Source: Candidatus Poribacteria bacterium
Lineage (GTDB): Bacteria > Poribacteria > WGA-4E > PCPOR2b
DNA: 64,000 bases
Direction: 5' to 3'
NCBI GenBank assembly: GCA_965215015.1
Contig: OZ244042.1
Span: forward strand, 2,560,001 to 2,624,000
Positions 39,244 to 49,382 of this stretch are shown here, piece after piece. Under the pieces are notes generated by a model that saw nothing but the letters and a program-made list of their open reading frames with translations, searched no databases and was not told the origin of the DNA. A program made the translations under genes and the position numbers. How positions within the stretch are numbered: the first letter of the stretch is position 1; each line of letters opens with the position of its first letter.

Positions 39244-42200
39244 CTACTTCAGAATCAGCATCTTACGGGTTGCAGAGAAGTCTCCTGCACTCAGGCTGTA
39301 GAAGTAGATGCCACTGGCTACCTGTTCACCGAAACGGTTTCGGCCGTCCCAGTAGATGGCTTTGGCTCTCGACTCATACACCGCCGCTGTCTGATGCCCC
39401 ATATCGAGGGTTCGCACCACGAGACCGGTGCTATCGTAGATGGTCAAGACGACCTCCGCATCTGATGCCAACCGATACGGTATCCACGTTTCGGGGTTGA
39501 ACGGATTGGGATAGTTCCGAAGTAGCTCCGTCTCTGACGGAATCTCATAGGCGATGAGGTCTGCCAACTCAATCCGAGTGGCTTTCACATCGTCAATGGT
39601 AACGATATGACGCACCGGCTGGACACCGATTAACGGACTCGGTGAATCTGCCGAAATCTCCAGCACATCCCCAACCTGTGCCGCATGACCCACCTTCAGG
39701 TCAACAAAGGTCATGTTGTAACCTGTTGTTGTCTCTGCGGAGGTCACCCGGTTGAGTGCGGCTTTGGTGGACAGGTTCTTCACCTTGACCCGGAATCCGT
39801 CCTGCACCACTCCGGTGGTCTCATCAACGACCGAACCGTTGACATCAAGGACGGGGGTTTGACCGGCAACCTGATGGCTAACCAACGCGATAGGTGCAGC
39901 CGCCGCAGTGTCGTGGCTCCAACCGGTTCCGATAAGTGCAGCGGTTGCATCGGTGGTCGCTGTGACTAGATAGGCAGCATCCCCCATGACCGGTCCATCA
40001 TTTACATCCTCGGCCAGTCCATCATTTATATCTGCTGCCGCTGCAACGGACCTGTATCCATCCGCCGTTGAAACAACGAGACTGATGACAACGCCGCGAG
40101 CAAATAGCGAGGCAATGTCGCTGACATTGGTCACTCTCGCATCGTTAACGGGTAGACCGATGAGGTTAGAACCGGCTGTTAGATTGATGGTTGATGCGCC
40201 GTCGTCCCATGCATACCCGGTGAAAGTCACCGTCGCTTCAGCACTCATGGAAAGGAGGATACCCAGGTCTGCGGTAATCGGTACATCGTCGCTGCGACTA
40301 TTCCATAAATCGGTCGCCCTATCATAGACAATGAGCAGATTGGCGTTGCTGCCAAGCATCTCGCGGAGGTCGCCTACCGTGTCGAGCCCCTCAACTGCCA
40401 ACGGGACGTGGAACAGACTGATCCCTGCCGGTATCTGCGAGGTATAGGACAGTTTGTTATCCAACGTAACCATCGCCGTGCCGCTGCCGCTGTTGCCTGC
40501 GGCGTCGATCGCGGTTATGGTGATGGTTTTGGCCCCGTTGAGGGCTGTGTTAGCTTCACTGACAACGACTGAGGCACTATACGAACCATCGGCCCCCATC
40601 GTCAGAGCGACCGCATCGGTTTGGGTGGTATCTAACATGGAGACATCCGCCATCACGGAGGTGATGCTGCTCGCGTCGGAGACGGTCGCAGAGATTTCCA
40701 CCGACTCACCGTCGGCAACGGTCTCAGGAGACGCCATCGCCATCACGGTCGGCATCGTGCTGTCAAGTGTCAACGCATTGGACACCATCACACTTTGACC
40801 ATTCAGACTGACAGACACATCATACATACCATCGGGGTGCTGAACGACATCGGCGTGCTGATCAGCCACGACGGTAAACGACCCACTGTAGGCACCGCTC
40901 GATACTTCTGCCATCGAGTGGTCGGTGACAATCGACCCGACGGAGAACATCACGGTTCGACCGGCTGTGCCCATCGCACTGACGGTGACCGTATCCCCCG
41001 CCCTCGCGAGTGCAGGTTCAATCGTGACGCTGCCTTCGGTAATGGCTACCACAGAGGTGGTGACCGTGACCGGATGGCTCGCCATCGTCAGACCGGGTGC
41101 TGTCGCGGTAATCGTTGCCATCCCGGGTGTCGCATCTTGATAGTAGACCATCGCTGAGACCTCGCCGCCTGCAACGGTTACGGTGATGCTCTCGGTTCCC
41201 GTCCCCTCAGCGAGCTCAGAGAACGTGCCTGCGGAGCTGGAGGTCAGGGTGACCGACACATCGGACCCCATCGCTACCTCATGCCCCTCGGCATCTCTCA
41301 ATCCGACGGTGATACCTAACGGCATCGCCCCCTCGTCGGCAGAAACCGTGCCGGCACTGCTCAGTGTGAGTTGGCTCGGCGTCGAATCTTGGACGCGCAC
41401 CGACACGTTGGAAGCTACCTGTCGACCATCAAACAGCATGGCGAATTGAGAGACCTCACGGTTGGCAGGGGCGTCGGCATTTTGGTAGGTGAAGATAATT
41501 TCATCACCCGCTTCGACCTCAAGCCCACCTAATTTCACACGCGCCACCATGTCTCGACCGACCGGTGTCAGTTTCTCGACACTCACCGTCGTCGCAACCC
41601 CCATATGCCGGTGCACCACGGTGTAGGTTCCCTTATTTTCAGGGTCCATCGCCGCACTGCTCGGTGTAGTCCAACCGGGGGGCACCTGCACCCGGAATTC
41701 CCGTGGCGCGTTGACGCGGCCGACAGCAGTGTAGGTAAAGGTCAGGTTCACCCCTGTCGCCCCGGCGTCTACAATCCGCGGTGCGACCTCACCCGAACCG
41801 GCACCCTGTCTCGCCTCCTCGACGTCGACGGTCAGCATCGTCTCATCGCCGGAGACAGGGTCAAACCTATCGGCTGCATCGCCCCCGTGCACTCCAACCG
41901 CAAAGGCGACATCGGTGTCCACGTTGGGCTGCACATCACCGGTATAGACAAAGGTCACCGTCCCGTTGGCACTCAAGTTGACGCCTTCGACGATAGCCAT
42001 TTGACCACTAAAGGTGGGGGGGATTGCGGGTGTAATTTCCACCGTATCCGCCGTCGGTGCAGACCAACCGGCGGGGACCTCGAGCCGCACCTTGCCACCG
42101 ACCATTTGACCGGCTGCCGTGTAGGTGACGGTCAGCTCCCTGCCGGTATCACCGGTATGAAGCGACCCCTCCCCATCGGTCACGGCAATGACGGCTTTGC

Positions 42201-45200
42201 CTTTACCACTGGCTTGTGGGTTGACTGTGACGGTCGGCTGCGTTCGAATCGGTGCCAGGTTACCGTCTTCACCGCCCCGAACGGCAAACCGAAACGCATC
42301 AACCCCTGTCGTGGCTGAAGCTACCGCGCGCCCGGCATCGGTCGCACCGTAGGTAATCGTTATCTCATTGGCTTTGTCAAGCGAAAAGATAGGCACGGTG
42401 ACAGAGAATCTATCATCGTCCGTGACGCTGCCAAGCCCCACGCCATCCACCTCAGTATACCCCGGTAGACTGACCTCTTCTACCTGCGGTTGACTCCAGC
42501 TCGACGGGACGGTGAATTTCAGCTCCCCATCTTCAATCGTCTGACTCGGTTTGTAGGTAAACACCAATACCACATCGTCGGACGCCGCACGGACGGAGGA
42601 GGTATCCAATGTAACCGTTCCCGTCCCGTCCAATGCGCTCGTCACTTTGACTTGTAAGATACCGGCGGCATCTTTATAAAGAAACTGGGTCTTGTCCGGG
42701 TTTCTTATCTTCTCCCGGCCGGTGTGTTCCAAGGTGCTGGTAATAGCCTCGAAAACGCCGTCGCCGTCCCCGTCGGATCTAATCACGAACTGGGCGGTGC
42801 CAACATTGTCCTGAACCTCCGCACCGACGTCAGAATCAGAACCGGTGCCACCTCCATAGATAAATCGGAAACTCCCCCCTTTGGCAAGGGTATCGATGGT
42901 TGCTATCACGTAGCGATCGTTTATATTATCAGGAAGCAAGGAGACCCCTGCCCCTCTGACCGTCACATAATTCCGCTTGGTCGGATCCTCCTGCATCGAC
43001 CCCCAACCGTCTGGAATTCCAAGACTCACGGCACCGCCGTCCATCGTGCCGGCTGCGGTGAACACGACCTCAATCGCCCGATTGCTACTACCTGCCTCAA
43101 TCGTCCCCGGCGATAGCACGGCTGCCCCCATACCGTCTTCGACGTTGCTCAGCGTGACGGTGGCGGTTCCAGCCGTCCGGGTGCTAGCACCCGATGACGT
43201 TCTGAAGGTGCCGGACACTTGGACCGCACCGGCGACATAATGTAATACAGCTTTACTATCATCGGCAGCACCATACGTAATCGTGACGGACTCCCCGACA
43301 TCGAGCTGACCGATTGCAACGGTGATGGTGCGCCCGGAGACGGTTATCTGATCCGCACCAATCGCCCCGGCATTCCTGCTCTTTTGTGCATCGCCGGAGA
43401 CGGATACCTCACCGGCGGTTGCGTCTGCCTTGGTCGGTGGACTGCCCAAAGTGGACGGGATGGTCAACCGCACCTCGCCGTCCCGTATGGGGGTCGAATC
43501 CGCTATAAACTTGAAATTGATAGTCTGTTCACTTCCGGCGGGGAAGGTGTCGGTGCCGTCGACTTCAAATCGAACCGCATCGCCTGAGGTCTTCACAACC
43601 GAGAGGATGGGGCGATCATCAATGTCGGTACCCTGGCCCTCCTGAAGTTCATCATCATTAACCATCACCACCCAGAGATACTCGTCGGCTTCTGAGAGGA
43701 TATTGACCCTACGGATTCTAGCGGTCACGGTTTTCCCTTTTTCAAGGTCGAGACCTGACCACTCAAGGGTATCCCCGGCCTCGTTTACCTCTAACCCTTC
43801 AGAACCCGAAACATACCCATAGCCCGTCGAGGTGCCGGTTTGGAGTTTCTGGGTATCATCATCGATAACAATGCCCTTCGGCTCAATCGTTAGCGTGGCA
43901 TTCTCAAGATCGGTGTAGGCGGTATACGTCAGGGCGATATCTCTCCGTTGAGAACCCGCCTCCACAGAAGCAGGAGACAAGTCCAACTTACCAGAACCCG
44001 CCTTAGCAACCCACACCCCACCACTAACTGCTACAGGTTCGGTCATAGAACCAATAGTGGTCTCCGCGGTGATACTCGGGGGGATAAACGGGTCCGCATC
44101 AGTCCCCGCACCCGTCCCGATACCAATCCCCTCCTCACGAGTATACGAAACAATAATTTGCTGACCCGTATCAAGCGTAATGTTCTCGATAAATAGCTTC
44201 GCGAACAGCCCGTCCAGGGTGGCCGTAGGCGTCCTACCGAACGTAACAAACAAATCAGTATCTGGATCTGGATCGGCTGCCCCGCCCCTGCCTCTCACAG
44301 TAAAACCGGTATTCTCAAAATTATCATAAGGCGCCCGCCTTGTATATGCTATAAGCGTGTCCATAGGCCCTAAATGTGCCACACCTTTGCCTACGGGGTG
44401 AAATGATATATCTAGGTCACTATCGTGCATCGGCCCAGGGGCTGTGAAGGTGAGAGTGAATTCGGTATTTTCCTCACCCGAAAATACCCGCCCCGGTTCA
44501 ATTGTCAGCTTTCTTTCGTCTTTGAGAGAGTCACGGTCACCCCCTCCTATAATATTACCGACCTTGACAGAAGGTGGATCCCCCGGTAACAGACTAAGCA
44601 CACCATTCCGGGTACTCTCACTACATAGGAATTCATCGGAAAAAGGCAGGCTAGAAGGAACCGGAGTCGTTACATCACCCAATCGGATGGTGAGTTTTCT
44701 ATCACCCGCGGTAACCCACGCCGAATCGAGGGCGACGGTTATCCGATTGTCCGCTTCAAAGACCACCCTATCCGTATCACTACCTGAGACGGTGCCATCT
44801 CCATCTGTTTTGTATATTTCTGTACCATCATCCCTGACCGATAGAAACTTGTTAGACACCTTCCAACCGGATGGAAACGCTATCCGAAAGCGTCCATCAG
44901 ACAGGTTCTCAGTCGTCGGTCTGTAGGTAAATTCCAGAACGTTCCAATAACTGCCAGCACGAAGCGGAGGCGTGCCAAGCGGAAGCGTGCTGTCAGTAGC
45001 AACATTAATAGCTGGAGGTGCCTCACCAGCCGTTTCTCGGAAACCCCAACCTACTTCTACTGCACCTGCACCTGCTACACCCGGAACTGTTACATAAAAG
45101 TGGTCTTCACTGGGGGTGCCTGTTTGTCTGCTGTTTTCCAGATGTTGGAGAAGAGGAACATCATCGGGCGTGAGGGTATCCTCACTACGCGAGACTCCAT

Positions 45201-46203
45201 GAGAGCCATATACGGGCGCATGGGTCGGGGGCTGAAATATCGTGGACGGCGGTACGAAATCCTGCGCATTGGGATTCGGCGAAGGATGTGACATTGCCAC
45301 CTGTATGTCCGAAGTAATAATATAGGCTCCTCCCTCTGGGGATCCCGGCTGGAAGCGCGACGGGAGATCGGTTGGTAATAGGGAATCCGTGTTCAGCCTC
45401 CTCCAGTTATCTGCGGTGCCTGATTCTCCTGGGGCGTTGACCATGTACTCGAATCTATAGGTAGTATCAATGGGCTTGACAGAGAAACGTACGATAGAGG
45501 TGATTAGGAATCTAAGCCTTACTACCGGAGCATCCGCTTTATGTGCAGCAGTTCTGCGCCTATCCATTGGAACCACAGTTTCAAAATCGTCAGCTGAGTG
45601 TCTGATTGTTAGCCGACGATTCCCGTTGTTAACGAATACACCCTTATCACCCCAATTTCCGTCAGACTCCTTAGTATAACTCATCCTATATTGCTCTGGC
45701 GCGTTTGGATTGCCGTAAAACACCCCATCACCTTCGTTCGGGCGAGTGTCGCTGTCGGGGTCCCACCTGGCCAGGGTGTAGATGGGGAGAGCGATAAGGG
45801 TGTTTCTTCGCCAACCCGTAGCGTTTGCATCTCTATGAGGATCAGCTATACCTTTGGTATAAGCTGTGTGGTTAGCACGCAACCGGATGTACAGGGTGTC
45901 TTCCGGGTTCACGAACTCAACCCCGGGTGGGAGGTCCAACCGAAACCCTGCCTTCGCGTCTTTGTTGTGCGTTGTATAATAAACCCTCATATAGTAATTG
46001 ACGCCAGGCTGAATATCGTCTAGTGGAATCGTCTGTAGGTGAGCGTCGATCGGGTCAAAGTAGAAAGTCACCGTGTCCGCATATATAGCACCTTGCGGTG
46101 CTGCCTCGTTAATAAACAACCCCACAAACAACATCAAACTGATAACAAAAAATACGCTTAATTTCCGAAGATTTACATTTCGTTGGTTTAATCGTTTAAT
46201 CAC
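39244..46203 (-). CDS. Giant secreted/surface protein (2319 aa) with tandem beta-rich repeats and a C-terminal FlgD-Ig/T9SS-like sorting domain
   Basis: N-terminal hydrophobic signal; repeated G-x-G..P..V.AG..FTYTA..G...P.GW units; C-terminus NYPNPFNPETWIPY..WDGRN..ASGIYFY..RKMLILK. Confidence 0.9.
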   Translation of the reverse strand: MIKRLNQRNVNLRKLSVFFVISLMLFVGLFINEAAPQGAIYADTVTFYFDPIDAHLQTIPLDDIQPGVNYYMRVYYTTHNKDAKAGFRLDLPPGVEFVNPEDTLYIRLRANHTAYTKGIADPHRDANATGWRRNTLIALPIYTLARWDPDSDTRPNEGDGVFYGNPNAPEQYRMSYTKESDGNWGDKGVFVNNGNRRLTIRHSADDFETVVPMDRRRTAAHKADAPVVRLRFLITSIVRFSVKPIDTTYRFEYMVNAPGESGTADNWRRLNTDSLLPTDLPSRFQPGSPEGGAYIITSDIQVAMSHPSPNPNAQDFVPPSTIFQPPTHAPVYGSHGVSRSEDTLTPDDVPLLQHLENSRQTGTPSEDHFYVTVPGVAGAGAVEVGWGFRETAGEAPPAINVATDSTLPLGTPPLRAGSYWNVLEFTYRPTTENLSDGRFRIAFPSGWKVSNKFLSVRDDGTEIYKTDGDGTVSGSDTDRVVFEADNRITVALDSAWVTAGDRKLTIRLGDVTTPVPSSLPFSDEFLCSESTRNGVLSLLPGDPPSVKVGNIIGGGDRDSLKDERKLTIEPGRVFSGEENTEFTLTFTAPGPMHDSDLDISFHPVGKGVAHLGPMDTLIAYTRRAPYDNFENTGFTVRGRGGAADPDPDTDLFVTFGRTPTATLDGLFAKLFIENITLDTGQQIIVSYTREEGIGIGTGAGTDADPFIPPSITAETTIGSMTEPVAVSGGVWVAKAGSGKLDLSPASVEAGSQRRDIALTYTAYTDLENATLTIEPKGIVIDDDTQKLQTGTSTGYGYVSGSEGLEVNEAGDTLEWSGLDLEKGKTVTARIRRVNILSEADEYLWVVMVNDDELQEGQGTDIDDRPILSVVKTSGDAVRFEVDGTDTFPAGSEQTINFKFIADSTPIRDGEVRLTIPSTLGSPPTKADATAGEVSVSGDAQKSRNAGAIGADQITVSGRTITVAIGQLDVGESVTITYGAADDSKAVLHYVAGAVQVSGTFRTSSGASTRTAGTATVTLSNVEDGMGAAVLSPGTIEAGSSNRAIEVVFTAAGTMDGGAVSLGIPDGWGSMQEDPTKRNYVTVRGAGVSLLPDNINDRYVIATIDTLAKGGSFRFIYGGGTGSDSDVGAEVQDNVGTAQFVIRSDGDGDGVFEAITSTLEHTGREKIRNPDKTQFLYKDAAGILQVKVTSALDGTGTVTLDTSSVRAASDDVVLVFTYKPSQTIEDGELKFTVPSSWSQPQVEEVSLPGYTEVDGVGLGSVTDDDRFSVTVPIFSLDKANEITITYGATDAGRAVASATTGVDAFRFAVRGGEDGNLAPIRTQPTVTVNPQASGKGKAVIAVTDGEGSLHTGDTGRELTVTYTAAGQMVGGKVRLEVPAGWSAPTADTVEITPAIPPTFSGQMAIVEGVNLSANGTVTFVYTGDVQPNVDTDVAFAVGVHGGDAADRFDPVSGDETMLTVDVEEARQGAGSGEVAPRIVDAGATGVNLTFTYTAVGRVNAPREFRVQVPPGWTTPSSAAMDPENKGTYTVVHRHMGVATTVSVEKLTPVGRDMVARVKLGGLEVEAGDEIIFTYQNADAPANREVSQFAMLFDGRQVASNVSVRVQDSTPSQLTLSSAGTVSADEGAMPLGITVGLRDAEGHEVAMGSDVSVTLTSSSAGTFSELAEGTGTESITVTVAGGEVSAMVYYQDATPGMATITATAPGLTMASHPVTVTTSVVAITEGSVTIEPALARAGDTVTVSAMGTAGRTVMFSVGSIVTDHSMAEVSSGAYSGSFTVVADQHADVVQHPDGMYDVSVSLNGQSVMVSNALTLDSTMPTVMAMASPETVADGESVEISATVSDASSITSVMADVSMLDTTQTDAVALTMGADGSYSASVVVSEANTALNGAKTITITAIDAAGNSGSGTAMVTLDNKLSYTSQIPAGISLFHVPLAVEGLDTVGDLREMLGSNANLLIVYDRATDLWNSRSDDVPITADLGILLSMSAEATVTFTGYAWDDGASTINLTAGSNLIGLPVNDARVTNVSDIASLFARGVVISLVVSTADGYRSVAAAADINDGLAEDVNDGPVMGDAAYLVTATTDATAALIGTGWSHDTAAAAPIALVSHQVAGQTPVLDVNGSVVDETTGVVQDGFRVKVKNLSTKAALNRVTSAETTTGYNMTFVDLKVGHAAQVGDVLEISADSPSPLIGVQPVRHIVTIDDVKATRIELADLIAYEIPSETELLRNYPNPFNPETWIPYRLASDAEVVLTIYDSTGLVVRTLDMGHQTAAVYESRAKAIYWDGRNRFGEQVASGIYFYSLSAGDFSATRKMLILK

Positions 46204-46271
46204 AATAAAATCCTTTCACGTGAGTTAATCTTAGGTTGGTTAACAATGATAGGGGCCCTTTTCACGTCTTA

Positions 46272-46632
46272 CAGACGCTACTGCAAAAGATAACCCTCCA
46301 TCTATTGAATTCGCTTTGTTAACGTTTTTGAAAACAAAAAAGACCAATACTAAAGTAAAGGGTCTTGAATACACAACTCTATAATACAACCGATCGAAAG
46401 ATTTGTCGATCGAAATCGAACATTTACCCCCATTTTTTTAGTCAGACGCTACTGCAAAAGATAACGTTCTGCCTATTGGGCCTCTTGTCATTCATTAGGT
46501 CAATTATGCACCAAAACGTTGTTGAAAACAGAAAAGGCTAATGGTGAAGTAAAGGGTTTTGAATACACAATTCTATAATACAACTCTATAATACAACCGA
46601 TCGAAGGATTTGTCGATCGTAATCGAACATTT
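46272..46632 (-). promoter_or_regulatory. Duplicated upstream module (two imperfect copies), each with a putative promoter and a palindrome
   Basis: ~46272-46425 versus ~46443-46632; minus strand TCGACA-17 bp-TATTAT overlapped by CGATCGA..TCGATCG. Confidence 0.65.
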
Positions 46633-46639
46633 TTTTTAG

Positions 46640-46930
46640 AGAATCTGTGGATAGAACCCCGTCTTTTAAGACGGGTATACAGATTGGCAAAGGGGATTCA
46701 GTCAAACAACGGTTGAAATTGTCTCATTGTTAGGCTCTTGAATCCGTCGCTCACCCCCAAATGAAATGGAGATGAAAGCCACTCCGATGAAGACCTACAA
46801 GTTCAAACCGACGCATACGAGAAAAGCCTTGGGGGACGCAAGCAGGGGACAATCCGTGGCAAGTCAGACGTGTTTGGAGGGAGGTTGCTTGAGCGATAGT
46901 CTACTGGCAAGCTATTGAACGCTCAGAGAC
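46640..46930 (+). mobile_element. IS605/TnpB-derived remnant (left-end copy 3 plus TnpB-like N-terminus)
   Basis: Hairpin CCCGTCTTTTAAGACGGG; ATG 46787 gives MKTYKFK, then the similarity is lost. Confidence 0.6.
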
Positions 46931-46952
46931 TCATGCCCAATGAATTAGGCAC

Positions 46953-47042
46953 CTATGCCTTTACTCCAAGATCTTGGCAAAATTTGAGACCCGCTTCAAA
47001 CCCGAACTTCATGATGAAAAATGTGTTAATGCCGAGTTTCAT
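46953..47042 (-). pseudogene. N-terminal stub of a sugar-phosphate isomerase/epimerase (TIM barrel)
   Basis: MKLGINTFFIMKFGFEAGLKFCQDLGVKA* with an AAGGA RBS; the stop falls at a REP-like palindrome. Confidence 0.5.
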
Positions 47043-47364
47043 GTAACCTGCCCCTTCCTTGTGAAATGCGAAATTTTCTGTGATTGTTCCTCTCCCTAGT
47101 TTTCACTCCAGTCCGACCTTTCAACCGTTACGACAAGAGGGCATAACCATTATACGCGCTCATTAACCAAGGTCAACAAGAAATGTGGTGCGGTAGAGAT
47201 ACTCAGACTGGAATGATGTATGATCCGTGAAACGTAGGTGTAAAGATAGATCAATTCCCTTCATCTATCACTTTTTTATTGCCCGCTGACAGATGATATG
47301 ATATGATGCGATTACGCTATAATATTGGTATTGAACAAATAGCTTCAAATGGAGGGGCATATCA

Positions 47365-48579
47365 ATGGCAAAAACAGTTGGCATCGTTGGAACCTTAGAC
47401 ACAAAAGGCATGGAGTTTCAGTTTATCAAAGAACGAATCGAGGCAAGTAGCACTTCAACATGCGTTGTCAACACAGGGATTCTGGGAGAACCACACTTTG
47501 AACCGGATGTCTCCGCCGGTGAGGTTGCAGCAGCAGGAGGCACGTCACTACAAGCCCTTCAGGACGGAGGCGATCGGGGTGTGGCTGTGGCAGCGATGGC
47601 GGAGGGCGCAGCGAAGATTATCGCTGAATTGCAGAGCGATGGAAAAATTGACGGTGTAATCTCCCTCGGTGGTTCCGCTGGAACTACAATTGGAACGACA
47701 GCAATGCGGGCGGTTCCTGTCGGTGTACCGAAGATTATGGTATCAACCTTGGCTTCCGGCGACACAAGTCCCTATGTGGACACGAAGGACATTTCAATGA
47801 TGTACTCCGTCGTGGACATCGCGGGCATCAATAGCCTCTCCCGGCAGATTTTGGCAAACGCCGCCGGTGCGATCGTGGGCATGGTCAATACGGAACTACC
47901 GGCGGCGGCGGATAACCCCCTGATTGGTGCCACGATGTTCGGTGTGACGACACCGTGTGTGACAAAGGCACGTGAACTCCTTGAGGATGCCGGTTACGAA
48001 GTCCTTGTCTTTCATGCCACCGGTGCCGGTGGGCGGGCGATGGAAGATTTAGTTAAGGGTGGATTTATTGCTGGCGTTCTTGATGTGACGACGACAGAAC
48101 TGGCCGATGAACTGGTCGGTGGGGTTTTGAGCGCGGGACCAGACCGTTTAGAAGCAGCAGGGGACCTCGGTGTGCCGCAGGTCGTTGCGCCGGGGGCGTT
48201 AGATATGGTCAATTTCGGACCTCCCGACACAGTACCGGAGCAGTTTAAAGATCGGACATTCTACCAGCACAACCCAACGGTAACGCTGATGCGAACGACC
48301 GTTGCCGAAAATGCCGAATTGGGGAAGATCATGGGACAGAAGTTAAGCCGAGCCAAAGGACCTACGACGGTGATAATCCCCCAACAAGGCGTCTCGGCAA
48401 TCGATAAGGAAGGGCAGCCGTTCTACTCAGCGGAAGCCGAGGCTGCATGGATCGAAAATCTGAAGGCAAATCTTGGGGACAACGTTACGTTGATTGAGAT
48501 GGATAATCACATCAATGACGATGCGTTTGCAACGAAGTTGGTGGAAACATTACTGACAAGTTTGAACGGCGATGCGTAA
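47365..48579 (+). CDS. Tm-1-like ATP-binding domain protein (UPF0261)
   Basis: GTLDTKG.E, GGSAGT, VDIAGIN, TMFGVTTPCV, FHATG.GG, DMVNFG. Confidence 0.92.
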   Translation: MAKTVGIVGTLDTKGMEFQFIKERIEASSTSTCVVNTGILGEPHFEPDVSAGEVAAAGGTSLQALQDGGDRGVAVAAMAEGAAKIIAELQSDGKIDGVISLGGSAGTTIGTTAMRAVPVGVPKIMVSTLASGDTSPYVDTKDISMMYSVVDIAGINSLSRQILANAAGAIVGMVNTELPAAADNPLIGATMFGVTTPCVTKARELLEDAGYEVLVFHATGAGGRAMEDLVKGGFIAGVLDVTTTELADELVGGVLSAGPDRLEAAGDLGVPQVVAPGALDMVNFGPPDTVPEQFKDRTFYQHNPTVTLMRTTVAENAELGKIMGQKLSRAKGPTTVIIPQQGVSAIDKEGQPFYSAEAEAAWIENLKANLGDNVTLIEMDNHINDDAFATKLVETLLTSLNGDA

Positions 48580-48613
48580 TGCTATAGTGGCTTGCGCCTG
48601 AAAGGAAACTTAC

Positions 48614-49300
48614 ATGGCACTCACACCGGTTCTCTCACGTCAGCAGATCCAGCGGTATTGCGAAGCCAATTACCTGCTAGTATCCGGGTTGATTCCGGAC
48701 GCTATCGCAGAACGGGCGGAAGCAGCAATGTGGCGGTGGCTCGGTCTTCAACCCCATGATCCGGAGGCGTGGGAAAATGTACAGGCCCCCGAGACGTGCG
48801 ATGATCCTGACGTCCTTGCCATGTATACTCCACAACTCCTGACCGCCGCTGCACAACTTGGCGAGGGCGATATGGCTCCCGACGTTTACCGTCCGCCGAA
48901 GAGTATAAGGCCCATCAATATCTTCCCGCAAACAGGTGAATGGGTGTCGCCGGAATCTCATATTGACCATGCAATTAAGGAACACGGGCACAAGACGTTT
49001 CCACCTGCCTTTCGCGTTGCAACCCTCACATATCTGACTGACGTAGAACCTCATGGTGGTGGTACAGTCGTCTGGCCTCGGTCTCGCCACAAAATCGAGG
49101 CACTGGCTCGTAGCGATCCGGACCGCTATGAATATATGTGGGTCCTCAATCAGGGATACAATCGTGAAGAACTGGGGGACTATGTCGAGTTAACGCCTAA
49201 ACGCGGTGATGTACTCTTCTACCACGTCTTCTGTGCTCATGCCGGCAGTAAAAATGTTGGACGCGTGCCCCGTTTTGCCCTTCCCTGCAAATGGGGATAA
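48614..49300 (+). CDS. Phytanoyl-CoA dioxygenase family protein
   Basis: HID (HxD), YLTDVEPHGGGT, GDVLFYH..HAGS. Confidence 0.85.
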   Translation: MALTPVLSRQQIQRYCEANYLLVSGLIPDAIAERAEAAMWRWLGLQPHDPEAWENVQAPETCDDPDVLAMYTPQLLTAAAQLGEGDMAPDVYRPPKSIRPINIFPQTGEWVSPESHIDHAIKEHGHKTFPPAFRVATLTYLTDVEPHGGGTVVWPRSRHKIEALARSDPDRYEYMWVLNQGYNREELGDYVELTPKRGDVLFYHVFCAHAGSKNVGRVPRFALPCKWG

Positions 49301-49382
49301 CATTCAATCAGTAGAGTCAAATCTCGTAGGGACAGGTTTCCTAATCTGCCATATCTGATAAAATCAACGGAGGTTTTCAGTA

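Noticed and set aside
39685-46023. Many plus-strand ORFs opposite the giant gene
   Set aside because: Antisense shadow ORFs from codon bias, with no recognisable motifs.
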